A stretch of DNA of 64,000 nt from Terriglobia bacterium (GTDB taxonomy: Bacteria; Acidobacteriota; Terriglobia; Terriglobales; Acidobacteriaceae): positions 139,565 to 203,564 of the forward strand of contig CAVTDQ010000002.1 of NCBI GenBank assembly GCA_963733545.1. The letters run 5' to 3'. Below the pieces are notes generated by a model, which was given only the letters and a program-made list of their open reading frames with translations, did no database searches and was not told the DNA's origin. Positions 9,353 to 19,074 of the stretch are shown piece by piece. The stretch's first letter is position 1. Each line of letters starts with the position of its first letter. A program made the position numbers and the translations under genes.

Positions 9353-10323
9353 TTTTCAACTCCTCTTTTCATGATTATAAACAGGACGTGCCAACCAACC
9401 ATCGCATCTCACGAAGGGTGAAGAACACTATTCCACTTCGAGTTCGGCCCATGCTGGCCACGCTGGTCTCTGAACCCTTCGACGAATCCGGCTGGGTATA
9501 CGAAGAGAAATATGACGGTATCCGGATACTTGCCTACAAAGAAGGCTCTAAGATCACGCTGCTCAGCCGCAATGATAAGGACCGCACCGGCAGTTTTCCA
9601 TCCATTGTTGCCAGCCTGCGGGCGCTGCCGGCATCGACGGTGTTGCTTGACGGAGAGGTCATTGCGCTCGATCGCGACAAGATTTCGCGTTTTCAGATGT
9701 TGCAAAGAGGCGGTCGCGCCCGCTATGCCGTGTTTGACTGTCTGTTTCTTGATGGAAAAGATTTGCGGCGCGAGGCTCTCTCTGCCCGGCGCACCGCGCT
9801 GGAGACCGCAATTTCCGAGAGTCATGAATTGATAATGTCGCGCCGCCTCGCCGCCAACGGATTCGATGCATTTCGAATCGCAAAAAAGCGAGGTTTTGAA
9901 GGCCTGGTTGCCAAACGACTGGACTCAATATACGTGGAGGGGCGAAGCCGCGATTGGTCGAAAGTGAAGGTAAATCAGGAAGACGAATTCATCATTGTGG
10001 GATATACCGAGCCCTCCGGATCGCGAGAACATTTCGGCGCCCTGCTCCTGGGCGCTTACCAAGGGCGCATTTTGCAATATGTCGGAAAAGTCGGCACCGG
10101 ATTCGATCGCAAAAATCTGGCGTCGCTCTATCGCAAATTTCAGCCGCTTAAACGAAAAAACGCCGCCATCGAAAATCTGCCGGGTGGGACTTTTTTGTTG
10201 CCGAAACTCGTAGCCCAGATCTCCTATACGGAATTGACCAAAGACGGCAAGCTCCGGCATCCGGTTTTTCTAGGCCTCAGGGATGATAAGGATGCAAAAG
10301 ACGTGTCGCTGCCCAAAGCCTGA
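9316..10323 (+). CDS. ATP-dependent DNA ligase (LigC / LigD ligase-domain type). The true start is probably internal: GTG 9388, GTG 9418 or ATG 9451.
   Basis: Nucleotidyltransferase motifs are present: I EKYDGIR (KxDG), III LLDGEVIAL, IIIa YAVFDCLFLDGKDL, IV FEGLVAK, V DWSKVKV, and the N-terminal RPMLATL. The longest ORF overlaps the divergent gene by 37 nt, so its 5' end is uncertain. Confidence 0.85.
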   Translation: MKYLRKQGLDSPLFNSSFHDYKQDVPTNHRISRRVKNTIPLRVRPMLATLVSEPFDESGWVYEEKYDGIRILAYKEGSKITLLSRNDKDRTGSFPSIVASLRALPASTVLLDGEVIALDRDKISRFQMLQRGGRARYAVFDCLFLDGKDLRREALSARRTALETAISESHELIMSRRLAANGFDAFRIAKKRGFEGLVAKRLDSIYVEGRSRDWSKVKVNQEDEFIIVGYTEPSGSREHFGALLLGAYQGRILQYVGKVGTGFDRKNLASLYRKFQPLKRKNAAIENLPGGTFLLPKLVAQISYTELTKDGKLRHPVFLGLRDDKDAKDVSLPKA

Positions 10324-11094
10324 CTATTTTGGGGTTTCGCCCTTGTTCGCGTCATCTTGCACGGATTGCGTGGTCGCCGACTTGTCGATCTTCGACTTGC
10401 TGGGCAGGCCGCACGAGGCGGGGGGATTTGTCATCTGCTTTGCGAATACCAGGTAGCTGGGAACATTTGGCCGCAACGTCGACCAGTACGCGGACGGAGT
10501 CAACAGAGGTTTATGTTGCACGATGATCTGGTTGGCCAGAATTTTTATTCCGCACTCCAGGTTATTTTTCGGCTGAAGGATGGTTTTCGCTGGATCTTTT
10601 GCTTTTAGTTTCCGGTCCGTTTCCCAGTCGAATTCGCAACCGTAACGATCTTTGTCCGCGTATGCCAGTTGCAACAATCCCTCAGTCCGCACCGCCGTCC
10701 CCCTCACTTCATCTCGCTTGGTGATGTCGGGTTCGGTGTGCCGGACACTGGTGGTCGGATTGAGGCCGGCCTCGGCTCCCGCAAGTGCCTGAAAAAAGTA
10801 AGCCCAAAATACGCGCTTGTCCGTTTCGTCCAGCTCGTAAAATCGCGGGCAGAATCGAAGCACGTCTTTGGGAACCTGCGCCGAAAGCATTTCCGCTGGC
10901 AGCGCTCTCTCGACAATCTGGTCCCACGCCGGATCCCAGGGCGAACCACCCAGTTCGACTTTCTTCTTGTCGATGGGCGTTGGAGGCACCGGTTTCGTGG
11001 TCTGCGTCTGCAAAGTCGCAGCCAAGCCGAGGCAAAATACAAAACTTCCGATCATTAAAGTTTTCACCAAAGTTTTCAGCGCGGTTGTCATCAT
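10324..11094 (-). CDS. Secreted protein with a lytic transglycosylase (SLT)-like core
   Basis: N-terminal hydrophobic signal LMIGSFVFCLGLAATLQ. The segment LAGAEAGLNPTTSV...TEGLLQLAYAD resembles the E-S/GLMQ blocks of SLT domains. The assignment is weak. Confidence 0.5.
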   Translation of the reverse strand: MMTTALKTLVKTLMIGSFVFCLGLAATLQTQTTKPVPPTPIDKKKVELGGSPWDPAWDQIVERALPAEMLSAQVPKDVLRFCPRFYELDETDKRVFWAYFFQALAGAEAGLNPTTSVRHTEPDITKRDEVRGTAVRTEGLLQLAYADKDRYGCEFDWETDRKLKAKDPAKTILQPKNNLECGIKILANQIIVQHKPLLTPSAYWSTLRPNVPSYLVFAKQMTNPPASCGLPSKSKIDKSATTQSVQDDANKGETPK

Positions 11095-11123
11095 CCCAGT
11101 CAGCGTACGCTACACCACCTTTT

Positions 11124-12356
11124 TCAATCGTTCGGCACGCTAAATAGCGACAATTGGCGGCTCGTACGCGTTGTAGAAGGTCGGTATGCTCGGCGATCAA
11201 ACACGGTGCGTCCGGCGAGAGACCTGGAAATAGCTTTCTCGTGACTGATGCAGGCGTTAATGTCCGCTTGCGGCGCCTTAGCTTCTTCCACCGCTCGTGT
11301 GAAGCGATCAAGTCGGCGAAAACCGTCGATCTTTTCCGTCTCCCCGACTTTTGCCGAGGTCAACGACGTCCGCAACACACCGATTGCCTCGTCGTAGATT
11401 TTCAGCGGCACAGGAAAAGGATGTCCGTCCTTTCCTCCAAGTGCAAATGAGAAACGCGCAGGGTCGGAGAATCGCGTGGGCGTCCCGTGAATCACTTCAG
11501 CCACCAGTGCCAGGGTCTGCAACGTCCTCGGACCAAGCTTTTCCAGTAGCAGCAATGAAGCAAATTCGCTCAACTCACGTTCGTGCGCCACCGCCAACAC
11601 CGCTCCCAGGCGTTTCAGATCGACGTCAGAGGCGGTCACCTCATGATGTGCAGGAAGCGTCAATCGGCGCACCTGGCGCAATGTTGTATCCGGATGTTCG
11701 CGAATAATATCCAGCAACGCCTGCTGCGCGGGCTTCGACTGAACAGCCACCAGATTCATAATCGTACCCTGATTTTCCCCGACGATTCCTGTGTGTGGTT
11801 CACTGGTAAAGTCGCGAACCGTGGCTGAGTGCCAGTGGTATCGCCGAGCCAGGACTGATTTGGGGTTCATTCCCTGCTGAACCACTGTCCATTCACCGCT
11901 TTTTGTAATCACGAAACTGTGCAAATAAAGCTGGAATCCATCTGCGATCGCATTGTTGTCGACACGTGCCGCCAGGCGGCTGGCGCGGACCAGAGAATCG
12001 CCGTCCAGGCTCGTTCGCTCGGCATATTTTCTCAGTTCGTCTGGAGTGGCGCGCGAATGTCGGCCACGTCCGCCACAGATATAGACGCCCAATTCGTTGC
12101 TCCGAGGATTCAATCCTCGTTTCAGGGCGCCAACTACCGAGGTGGTAATGCCGGAAGAGTGCCAATCCATTCCCATCACGCAGCCCAGGGCCTGAAACCA
12201 GAACGGGTCGGCAAGACGAGACAGGAATTCCGAAACGCCATAGTGGTGAATGACGTGTTCCGCGATAGCGGTGCCAAGGCGCGTCATTCGGTCTGCCAGC
12301 CATCGCGGCACAGTCCCGCCATGCAAAGGTAAATCGGCGGTTCCAGAGCGGTTCAT
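11124..12356 (-). CDS. DUF763 family protein
   Basis: The N-terminus ADLPLHGGTVPRWLADRMTRLG...FQALGCVMGMDWHSSGITTSV matches my recollection of the DUF763 signature. A helix-hairpin-helix-like segment LGPRTLQTLALVAEVIHG lies in the C-terminal third. Confidence 0.7.
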   Translation of the reverse strand: MNRSGTADLPLHGGTVPRWLADRMTRLGTAIAEHVIHHYGVSEFLSRLADPFWFQALGCVMGMDWHSSGITTSVVGALKRGLNPRSNELGVYICGGRGRHSRATPDELRKYAERTSLDGDSLVRASRLAARVDNNAIADGFQLYLHSFVITKSGEWTVVQQGMNPKSVLARRYHWHSATVRDFTSEPHTGIVGENQGTIMNLVAVQSKPAQQALLDIIREHPDTTLRQVRRLTLPAHHEVTASDVDLKRLGAVLAVAHERELSEFASLLLLEKLGPRTLQTLALVAEVIHGTPTRFSDPARFSFALGGKDGHPFPVPLKIYDEAIGVLRTSLTSAKVGETEKIDGFRRLDRFTRAVEEAKAPQADINACISHEKAISRSLAGRTVFDRRAYRPSTTRTSRQLSLFSVPND

Positions 12357-12423
12357 GACCTAATTGTAACGGCCTCCTGGTTTGAATTCGGACGCAAAAT
12401 GCAGGCAGATAATGCAGAGTGAA

Positions 12424-14631
12424 CTAGGGCGGTCCCAGGGGCGGAACCAGCAATTGTTGTTCCGGCTGCCGGGGTTGAAGCATCTGCAAAGATCTCAAAT
12501 CCTCCACGATGCCATCGTGCACGCTGAAAGTCACGGTCGTGTTGCCGGTAGCGCCATACTGATCCGTCACACTCACCTGCGCTGAATAGCTGCCGGCCGA
12601 AGGAAAAGTTTCAAGCGCTGCTGGAGTAGTGAAGTGACTGCCATCCGAGTATTGCACCTGGTTGCCGCTGAGAAATCCGTCCGGGTCTGAAGACTTGACT
12701 GTGCACCCGAGAACCGTAGTGGGAGAAATGCTCGGCAGCGCACTAAAAGTGATTTTTGCCACAGGTGGCTTGTCGCTTGGTTCGGCGACCACCGTAAGGG
12801 ATTTGCTGGCCGTAATGTTCCCACCGTCGTCGAGCGATTGTATGGAAAGCTGGTGCTTTCCGGTAAAGACCTTCAGCGAAGTGCTCAGGATGTCACTGTT
12901 AGTGGCATAAGCCTGCTGCCCGTCGATCAGAACTCGCAACAACGAAACCGGGGTCGAGGGATTTGCCGAGGCCACCAGCATCGTCGGCCAATTCAATGTG
13001 GCACCGTTGCCGGGCGAGAGGATAGTGATCCCAGCCGAGGATGGCTTCACGGAGACTTGTTGCGCCACGACCGTCGACGCCCCAGCCGTATCGTAGACAG
13101 ATGCGGTGATGACATAAGCCCCCACGCTGCCATAAGTATGCGAAGCCGGCGACGCGTTGGCTACCGTAGCGTCGCCAAAGTCAATCACCGCGCGAGCGCT
13201 ATTGCCGGATGCGCCGCCGGTCGATGCCGTGTATGTCAGCGGACCAGTTTGTGAGACTTCAAGCAAGAAGGAAGGTGGTTCGTCGCCGGGATGGTAGGCG
13301 ATGACGGGTGACATCTTGTTTTGAAAGCTGGGGGCGCCAACCGCTTCTATGTACAAAGAATAGGTGTTCGCAGCGAGGTTGAGGTGGCTGAGATCGAACG
13401 TATGCGTGCCTGATGGTACGTCGCCCAGTTTTGCCAGGTTTACACCATCGGTGCTGAGAAAAACGGTGTAGTGATCAATCGTGCTTTCCTCACCCCCATG
13501 CACTGTCCAACTGATCGTCGAGCCGGATTGCGATGGGGTTAAATATATACAGTTGTCGATGCCGGGTTCGATTGCCGTTCCTTCTTCATAGTCGTTCCAG
13601 GTTGCGATTTGGATCGCGGGCAACTGCTCGCCACTGGAATAGAATTTTCCGACTTCGGCAAAAGTCTGCTGCCAGGCCTGGCCACACTGCTGACTGACGA
13701 CACGATTCGCACCCCATGCTGCCAGCGTGTCGTTGAAGCCCTTGTAGGCGGTCCCGAAAGCGAGTCGATTTTGCGCCTGCTTAGCTGTTTGATAAAAGCT
13801 ATCCTGCGCCGCCAGATCGAGATCAAAAGGATTGCTCTTGTTCAAATTGACCCACGAGAACCCACCGTCAGAGGGCTCCCGGTTGAATGCGCTGGCCCCC
13901 TGAAAAATCAGCAAGGGATTCCCAGGAATCGAAGAAACTACGCGGCTCCAGTCAATGTAGTAGGCGTCCACTCCGAAAAAGAACACCACCGGTCGACCAT
14001 TCGATCGCATGTAGGCAGAGGACGATTCGTACTGTGAGGCCACGTAGGTTAAATCGGAGATAAGCTGATCGGTCACATCGCATCCGTTTGCTTTGGCCGC
14101 CGACCCCAGCGCGCCAACATCTTCCATGATCGCAAACTCGAATTGACCGGCGTGGAGTTCGGCCTCACTCCTGAGCAACTTGGTGGAGGCGTCAATCAGC
14201 GTACTGCCCGCACCGTACCAGGCCGCGATTGCTCCCTGGATGCCGCGGCTGATCATGTCTTCCACCTGGCGGTGTACCTGCGCGGGATCGTTGGAATTGT
14301 AGCCAATGCTCATGTGGTCCGGCTTGCCGAACCAACCCAGCCAGGTAACGTATATTTTTGTGTCCGATCCGCTATAGAGCAAGGATCGAATGGGCAGTTT
14401 GCTGACGCTGCCGGCGCCTGCGTTGCCATTCGTTTGCCGGGAAAAGGAAGCCGGCGCACTGGTATTGTTTGTTGTCTCCGCCGCAACCGTCGTAGTGGCT
14501 GCGGGAACTGAGGTCCCAGGCGTGGAGGATTGTGATGTCGATGTTGCGGACCCTCCGCAAGCGATGAGTGATCCTGATAAACCGATCAAAATGGCGAAGG
14601 GGACTGCGGATAAAATGCGACACACTTTCAT
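12424..14631 (-). CDS. Lipoprotein with an N-terminal glycoside-hydrolase-like TIM-barrel domain (GH99/GH71-like) and C-terminal PKD / Ig-like domains
   Basis: Lipobox SLIACGG. IATWNDYEEGTAIE resembles the SFNEWHEGTQIE block of GH99-type enzymes. The PKD-like segment is VIDFGDATVANASPASHTYGSVGAYVITASVYD. Confidence 0.7.
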   Translation of the reverse strand: MKVCRILSAVPFAILIGLSGSLIACGGSATSTSQSSTPGTSVPAATTTVAAETTNNTSAPASFSRQTNGNAGAGSVSKLPIRSLLYSGSDTKIYVTWLGWFGKPDHMSIGYNSNDPAQVHRQVEDMISRGIQGAIAAWYGAGSTLIDASTKLLRSEAELHAGQFEFAIMEDVGALGSAAKANGCDVTDQLISDLTYVASQYESSSAYMRSNGRPVVFFFGVDAYYIDWSRVVSSIPGNPLLIFQGASAFNREPSDGGFSWVNLNKSNPFDLDLAAQDSFYQTAKQAQNRLAFGTAYKGFNDTLAAWGANRVVSQQCGQAWQQTFAEVGKFYSSGEQLPAIQIATWNDYEEGTAIEPGIDNCIYLTPSQSGSTISWTVHGGEESTIDHYTVFLSTDGVNLAKLGDVPSGTHTFDLSHLNLAANTYSLYIEAVGAPSFQNKMSPVIAYHPGDEPPSFLLEVSQTGPLTYTASTGGASGNSARAVIDFGDATVANASPASHTYGSVGAYVITASVYDTAGASTVVAQQVSVKPSSAGITILSPGNGATLNWPTMLVASANPSTPVSLLRVLIDGQQAYATNSDILSTSLKVFTGKHQLSIQSLDDGGNITASKSLTVVAEPSDKPPVAKITFSALPSISPTTVLGCTVKSSDPDGFLSGNQVQYSDGSHFTTPAALETFPSAGSYSAQVSVTDQYGATGNTTVTFSVHDGIVEDLRSLQMLQPRQPEQQLLVPPLGPP

Positions 14632-14854
14632 GGCTCACTACTTGGGGGAGGAACATCTGACGGTTCGATGGAACCGACTGTCTTCAGGGGAAGTTCGGCT
14701 ATTCTAGACTCAAATGTTCTTCCTAACAAACTTTGATGCAGATATTTTGTCTGACGCCCCGATCGGCTTAGCAAGAAATGTCATCTCATCTCCACACGCA
14801 TTAGTCTGTTGTGACGAACCAAACATTGAGAACGTTCTTGAGCAACTCGTCAGA

Positions 14855-14872
14855 TATTATTCATGAATAATA
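14855..14872. promoter_or_regulatory. 18-bp perfect palindrome, candidate operator
   Basis: TATTATTCATGAATAATA lies in the AT-rich divergent intergenic region, about 90 bp upstream of the cupin gene at 14962. Confidence 0.3.
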
Positions 14873-14961
14873 GATTAAGCATTTGATCGACCTTCGCCCC
14901 CGAGGACTTACGCCCAAAGATCCACGACCAACACCACCGGCTGTAACCCTGAGGAACAATC

Positions 14962-15495
14962 ATGTCCAGCAATGTAGACGGGCCCACTCCAACGATTCCA
15001 CCCGACGACCTGCGCCGGGAGTTCTCCATCGCACAAGCCGACCAGCAGCCCCATTTAGGAATAGTCGGAGATACCTACACGATTCTCGTCAACGGCAAAG
15101 ACACCGCCGGACGATTCTGCCTGATCGACATGCATGTACCGCCCGGCGGTGGGCCGCCTCCGCATCGTCACGACTTCGAAGAGACTTTCACGTTGCTCGA
15201 AGGCGAACTTGAAGCAACCTTCCGTGGGAAGGAGTTCGTGATACGGGCGGGAGAAACGATCAACATACCGGCCAACGCTCCCCACCAGTTTCGTAACGCC
15301 TCCTCCAAACCAGTACGAATGCTTTGTCTCTGTTCGCCAGCTGGGCAGGAGGAATTTTTTCAACAAATCGGCGTGCCCGTAGCCACGCGTACCACGCCTC
15401 CGCCGAAACTGGATGAGAAAGCGCAGGCCGAGTTCAGGAACAAGGCTGCAACCCTGGCGCCAAAATATCGCACCGAGTTGCTGCGACAGGCATAG
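14962..15495 (+). CDS. Cupin domain protein
   Basis: PPGGGPPPHRHDFEETFTLLEGELE...INIPANAPHQFRN contains the two classic cupin motifs. Confidence 0.8.
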   Translation: MSSNVDGPTPTIPPDDLRREFSIAQADQQPHLGIVGDTYTILVNGKDTAGRFCLIDMHVPPGGGPPPHRHDFEETFTLLEGELEATFRGKEFVIRAGETINIPANAPHQFRNASSKPVRMLCLCSPAGQEEFFQQIGVPVATRTTPPPKLDEKAQAEFRNKAATLAPKYRTELLRQA

Positions 15496-15739
15496 AAAGA
15501 TCGGTAGTGAGCCCAACGCTGCGTCAGGCGACGCCCGAGTGTCCCCCCAAGCACAGCTTGAACGGGGCACCCCTCGCGCGCGCAGCCGAAAGACGCTCGA
15601 CCCACCTCAAAAGCAATGTAGGCGCGAGCGCCCTCGCTCTTGCGGCAGCGTTCAATAGCAACAGATCGATACGCTCTCACAACTTCCATCGATCCCGATC
15701 CAGTGTCCAGATCAGAAGAACCGGCCCGGAGCCTGCTGC

Positions 15740-16639
15740 CTAATGCTTGGTCGTGGATCGTCTGGTGGTCTCTCCGATCGAGTTGAGATCGGTAATCACC
15801 TGGGCGGGGAGTTGCAACGTCGCCGCCTTAAGATTTTCGCGCAGATGCTCGAGTGAAGATGTGCCGGGGATCAGCAGGATGTTCGCCGAACGCTGCAGAA
15901 CCCACGCCAGCGCCAGTTGCATTGGTGTACACCCCAGCGAGGCGGCTGCCTCGTCGAGTTCCGACGACTGTAGTGGCGTGAACCCTCCCAGAGGGAAAAA
16001 CGGTGTATAGGCGATTCCCTGCTTTGCGAGATCGTCGATGAAGTCATCATCGTTCCGGTTTGCCACGTTGTACATGTTCTGCACGCACACAATCTCCGTG
16101 ATTTTCTGTCCCTCGGCCAGCTGTTCGGGAGTGATATTGCTCAATCCGAGATGCCGAATCAGTCCTTGACGCTTGAGTTCCGCCAGCACGGTCAAGGGTT
16201 CTTCAATCGAACCTTTCGAGGGAGACATCATTCCTCCTACTCGCAGGTTCACCACGTCCAGGCTGTCCATCCCCAGGTTTCGCAGATTGTCATGGACGGC
16301 ATCGATCAGTTCCTGACGCGAAAGAGCAGGAAGCCACGATTTATTCGCGCCCCGTCGGGCGCCTACCTTGGTGACAATCACCAGTCCACGAGGATACGGG
16401 CGCAGCGCCTGCTTTATGAGTTGATTGCTTACATGAGGACCGTAATAATCGGCGGTATCGATGTGGTTGACGCCGGAGGCCACAGCCTCCTGCAGAATGG
16501 CTAGCGCCTGGTCAACATCACGCGGCGGGCCCCACACATCGGGCCCGGGCAGTTTCATCGTGCCGTAGCCCATACGGTTCAAAGTCATCGAGGTATTTGG
16601 AAGTGTGAAGTTGCCGGCGAGATCTGTTTGAGTCGTCAT
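15740..16639 (-). CDS. Aldo/keto reductase
   Basis: LNRMGYGTMKL...GVNHIDTADYYG...LGLSN are typical AKR blocks. Confidence 0.9.
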   Translation of the reverse strand: MTTQTDLAGNFTLPNTSMTLNRMGYGTMKLPGPDVWGPPRDVDQALAILQEAVASGVNHIDTADYYGPHVSNQLIKQALRPYPRGLVIVTKVGARRGANKSWLPALSRQELIDAVHDNLRNLGMDSLDVVNLRVGGMMSPSKGSIEEPLTVLAELKRQGLIRHLGLSNITPEQLAEGQKITEIVCVQNMYNVANRNDDDFIDDLAKQGIAYTPFFPLGGFTPLQSSELDEAAASLGCTPMQLALAWVLQRSANILLIPGTSSLEHLRENLKAATLQLPAQVITDLNSIGETTRRSTTKH

Positions 16640-16752
16640 TGTGGTCTCCTCTTAAATTGGTTAATCGATTTACTAAGAGTGCTCGATTCGTCGCTTGCAG
16701 TGGCTGTGCTTGCATGATTAGATGAAGAAAGCTTCACATCAGGAGTTCGCAT

Positions 16753-17403
16753 TTGCCCAAGACTTCCCGTTCCTCCCTGGAACCCCGTAAATCGCCGGTT
16801 CAGGCCCGGTCCGCTGCAACTGTGGAAGCCATTCTCCAAGCCACAATTCAGGTTTTGTCACGCATGGGAAAGGAACGGCTGACCACAACCAGAGTGGCCC
16901 TGCGCGCTGGAGTTTCCGTCGGCACCCTTTATCAGTACTTCCCAAACAAGAGCGCCTTGTTACAGGCTGCCTTACAGCGCCACCTGGATCAGGTGGTAAC
17001 AGCCGTTGAAGAAGTCTGCCGAGACCAACAGGGTAAAACTCTGCGGCACATGGCGAGTGCTCTCATCAACGCATTTCTTGACGCCAAGATGAAAGATGCG
17101 AAGACCAGCGTCGCGCTTTATTCGGTGAGCTCCGACGTTGATGGAGCGAAAATAGTACGACAGGTCGGAATACGGATAAACAAAGAGATTGTCGAAATGC
17201 TATCGACAAGCTGTGAGCCACTGATAAAAGAGTCGCAACTCGTAGCCTCGATGCTACAGGGTGCCATGGCTGGGGTCAGTCGAACACTACTCGAGTCCGC
17301 CACTCCAGAAAGCGACTTGGAATCTTTGCGGCGCGAACTTATCTTTTTCATCTGCGGATACCTTGAATCCTGTGCCGCGCCGCAACCGGCAGCCGCCGCA
17401 TAA
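16753..17403 (+). CDS. TetR/AcrR family transcriptional regulator
   Basis: TTG start. The HTH block is ATVEAILQATIQVLSRMGKERLTTTRVALRAGVSVGTLYQYFPNKSALL. The gene is divergent from the aldo/keto reductase. Confidence 0.9.
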   Translation: MPKTSRSSLEPRKSPVQARSAATVEAILQATIQVLSRMGKERLTTTRVALRAGVSVGTLYQYFPNKSALLQAALQRHLDQVVTAVEEVCRDQQGKTLRHMASALINAFLDAKMKDAKTSVALYSVSSDVDGAKIVRQVGIRINKEIVEMLSTSCEPLIKESQLVASMLQGAMAGVSRTLLESATPESDLESLRRELIFFICGYLESCAAPQPAAAA

Positions 17404-17444
17404 TCCGCAGGAACGGTTCGCGAAATTCAGAGCGCAGTGCGCGG

Positions 17445-18887
17445 TCATGCCGGCGCAAGTCGCCGGACGTGCCCTTCGCATTTGGTTTTTATCGCCGTCA
17501 CCATGCCTTTGAAAATCAGGTAGTGGATGGGATAGAGCAGCCACCAATAAACTTCGCCGAGTAATCCGCGGGGCTCGAACCAGGCCCAGCAACTCAGGCG
17601 CGTCTGATTTCCATCCTCTGGAGAAAGCAGGAACTGAAGCCAGGCGCGACCGGGCACTTTCATCTCGGCCCGCAGCAAAATGCTCCGCGGATAGGTCATT
17701 TCTTCTACATGCCAAAAATCCAGGGAATCGCCGATCTTCAAAGCTCCATGGCCACTCGTGCGCCGTCGCATGCCCACGCCACCCAACAAACGGTCGAGCC
17801 ATCCCCGCAGCTGCCATAAGGCGTTGGCGTAGAGCCAGCCGCTTTTCCCGCCCAGCTTTTGCAACAAACCAAACACCTGCTCGACCGGAGCATTCACGGA
17901 TGCCTGGCGAACGTCACTGATTAAACCTTCGCGGCGAATCGACGCATGCCGGGCGTCCTTGGGATAAAGATGCTGGAAAGACTCATCCGGAATGGGACGC
18001 TGCGTGGCCGCTTCGACCGCCTGTGCATACGAAATCGGCTGTATCGCGGGAAACAGCTTCGTGGACAATGAATTGGTGCAGACAACTTCAGTGCGAAGTC
18101 CTTCGATGAGTGGCTGAGTGATGGAGGCGGGAATGGGCGTGACCAGATTGAGCCAGTACGAAGAAAGGCGGGGCGTGAGTACGGGAACGCGAAGCAGCCA
18201 TCTTCGCAGTCCGCGTATCCGCGCATAGGTAAGCATCATGCTGCGATAAGTCTCGACCGTAGCTCCTCCAATTTCAATAATTTCACCGGCGGACTCAGGC
18301 ACGTTCAAGGTCGCGACCAGATACTCGAGCACATTGCTGATGGCGATGGGTTGAGTGCGAGTGATGACCCATCGTGGGCAAATCATTACCGGCAGCCGTT
18401 CGGTAAGGTAGCGGATCATTTCAAAGGACACGCTGCCATTGCCTACGATGATTCCCGCTCGAAACTCAGTCAAGGGCGGTCCATATTCTCGCAGCTCTGC
18501 TCCGGTTTCAAGGCGGCTCTTGAGATGTTGCGAAACTTCGGATGTCTGAGACGTCATGCCCCCCAGATAAATGATGCGCTGCACTCCAGCCTGCTTCGCT
18601 GCCGTGGCAAAGTTGCGCGCAGCCTGGCGGTCGCGCTCCTCGAATCCGGCTTTCTCACCCGCCATGGAGTGAATCAGATAGTAGGCCACGTCAATGCCCT
18701 GCAGGGCAGGCAACAGACTGCCGGCGTCGAGTGCATCGGCCTGGACGAGGTGTGCCCCAACCAAGGCGTGCTCACTCACTTTCGAGCGACTCCGCACCGT
18801 GCAGGTTACCTGGTGCCCTGCCTTTACCAGTTCCGGTACCAGCTTGCTGCCCACGTATCCGGTTGCGCCCGTAACCAGGATTTTCAT
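17445..18887 (-). CDS. NAD(P)-binding SDR-like protein fused to a DUF2867-like C-terminal domain
   Basis: ATG at 18887 is preceded by GGGGAG. MKILVTGATGYVGSKLV is the Rossmann motif. The long C-terminal extension is typical of SDR-DUF2867 proteins. Confidence 0.8.
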   Translation of the reverse strand: MKILVTGATGYVGSKLVPELVKAGHQVTCTVRSRSKVSEHALVGAHLVQADALDAGSLLPALQGIDVAYYLIHSMAGEKAGFEERDRQAARNFATAAKQAGVQRIIYLGGMTSQTSEVSQHLKSRLETGAELREYGPPLTEFRAGIIVGNGSVSFEMIRYLTERLPVMICPRWVITRTQPIAISNVLEYLVATLNVPESAGEIIEIGGATVETYRSMMLTYARIRGLRRWLLRVPVLTPRLSSYWLNLVTPIPASITQPLIEGLRTEVVCTNSLSTKLFPAIQPISYAQAVEAATQRPIPDESFQHLYPKDARHASIRREGLISDVRQASVNAPVEQVFGLLQKLGGKSGWLYANALWQLRGWLDRLLGGVGMRRRTSGHGALKIGDSLDFWHVEEMTYPRSILLRAEMKVPGRAWLQFLLSPEDGNQTRLSCWAWFEPRGLLGEVYWWLLYPIHYLIFKGMVTAIKTKCEGHVRRLAPA

Positions 18888-19026
18888 AGCACTCCCCAAT
18901 CGTTAAGCTCAGTTCTCGAGTGATCCGCCGTCACGGCAATTCGAAAAATATCTTATTTAACTGTAAAGCACATTATTTCTACTACAATTCAAATATGCAG
19001 TCGGAATTGATCAGTGTGCCTCCCAG

Positions 19027-19074
19027 TTAAAAGACCGTCGTGGTTTCTACTGCTGGGAAACTTCAGACCACGAC
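19027..19074 (-). terminator. Candidate Rho-independent terminator of the discoidin-domain gene
   Basis: On the minus strand, stem GTCGTGGT / ACCACGAC (19067-19074 / 19037-19044) with an inner GTTTC/GAAAC pairing, followed by TCTTTTAA. Confidence 0.4.

Noticed and set aside
14829-14838. AGAACGTTCT considered as a LexA/SOS (Cheo-type GAAC-N4-GTTC) box
   Set aside because: The half-sites have no spacer, so it does not match known SOS-box architectures. The flanking genes are also not repair genes.
16640-16752. Search for a TetR operator in the AKR/TetR divergent region (the AATCGATT core within TTAATCGATTTA)
   Set aside because: There is only an 8-bp palindrome with poorly matching flanks. 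That is insufficient to annotate as an operator.
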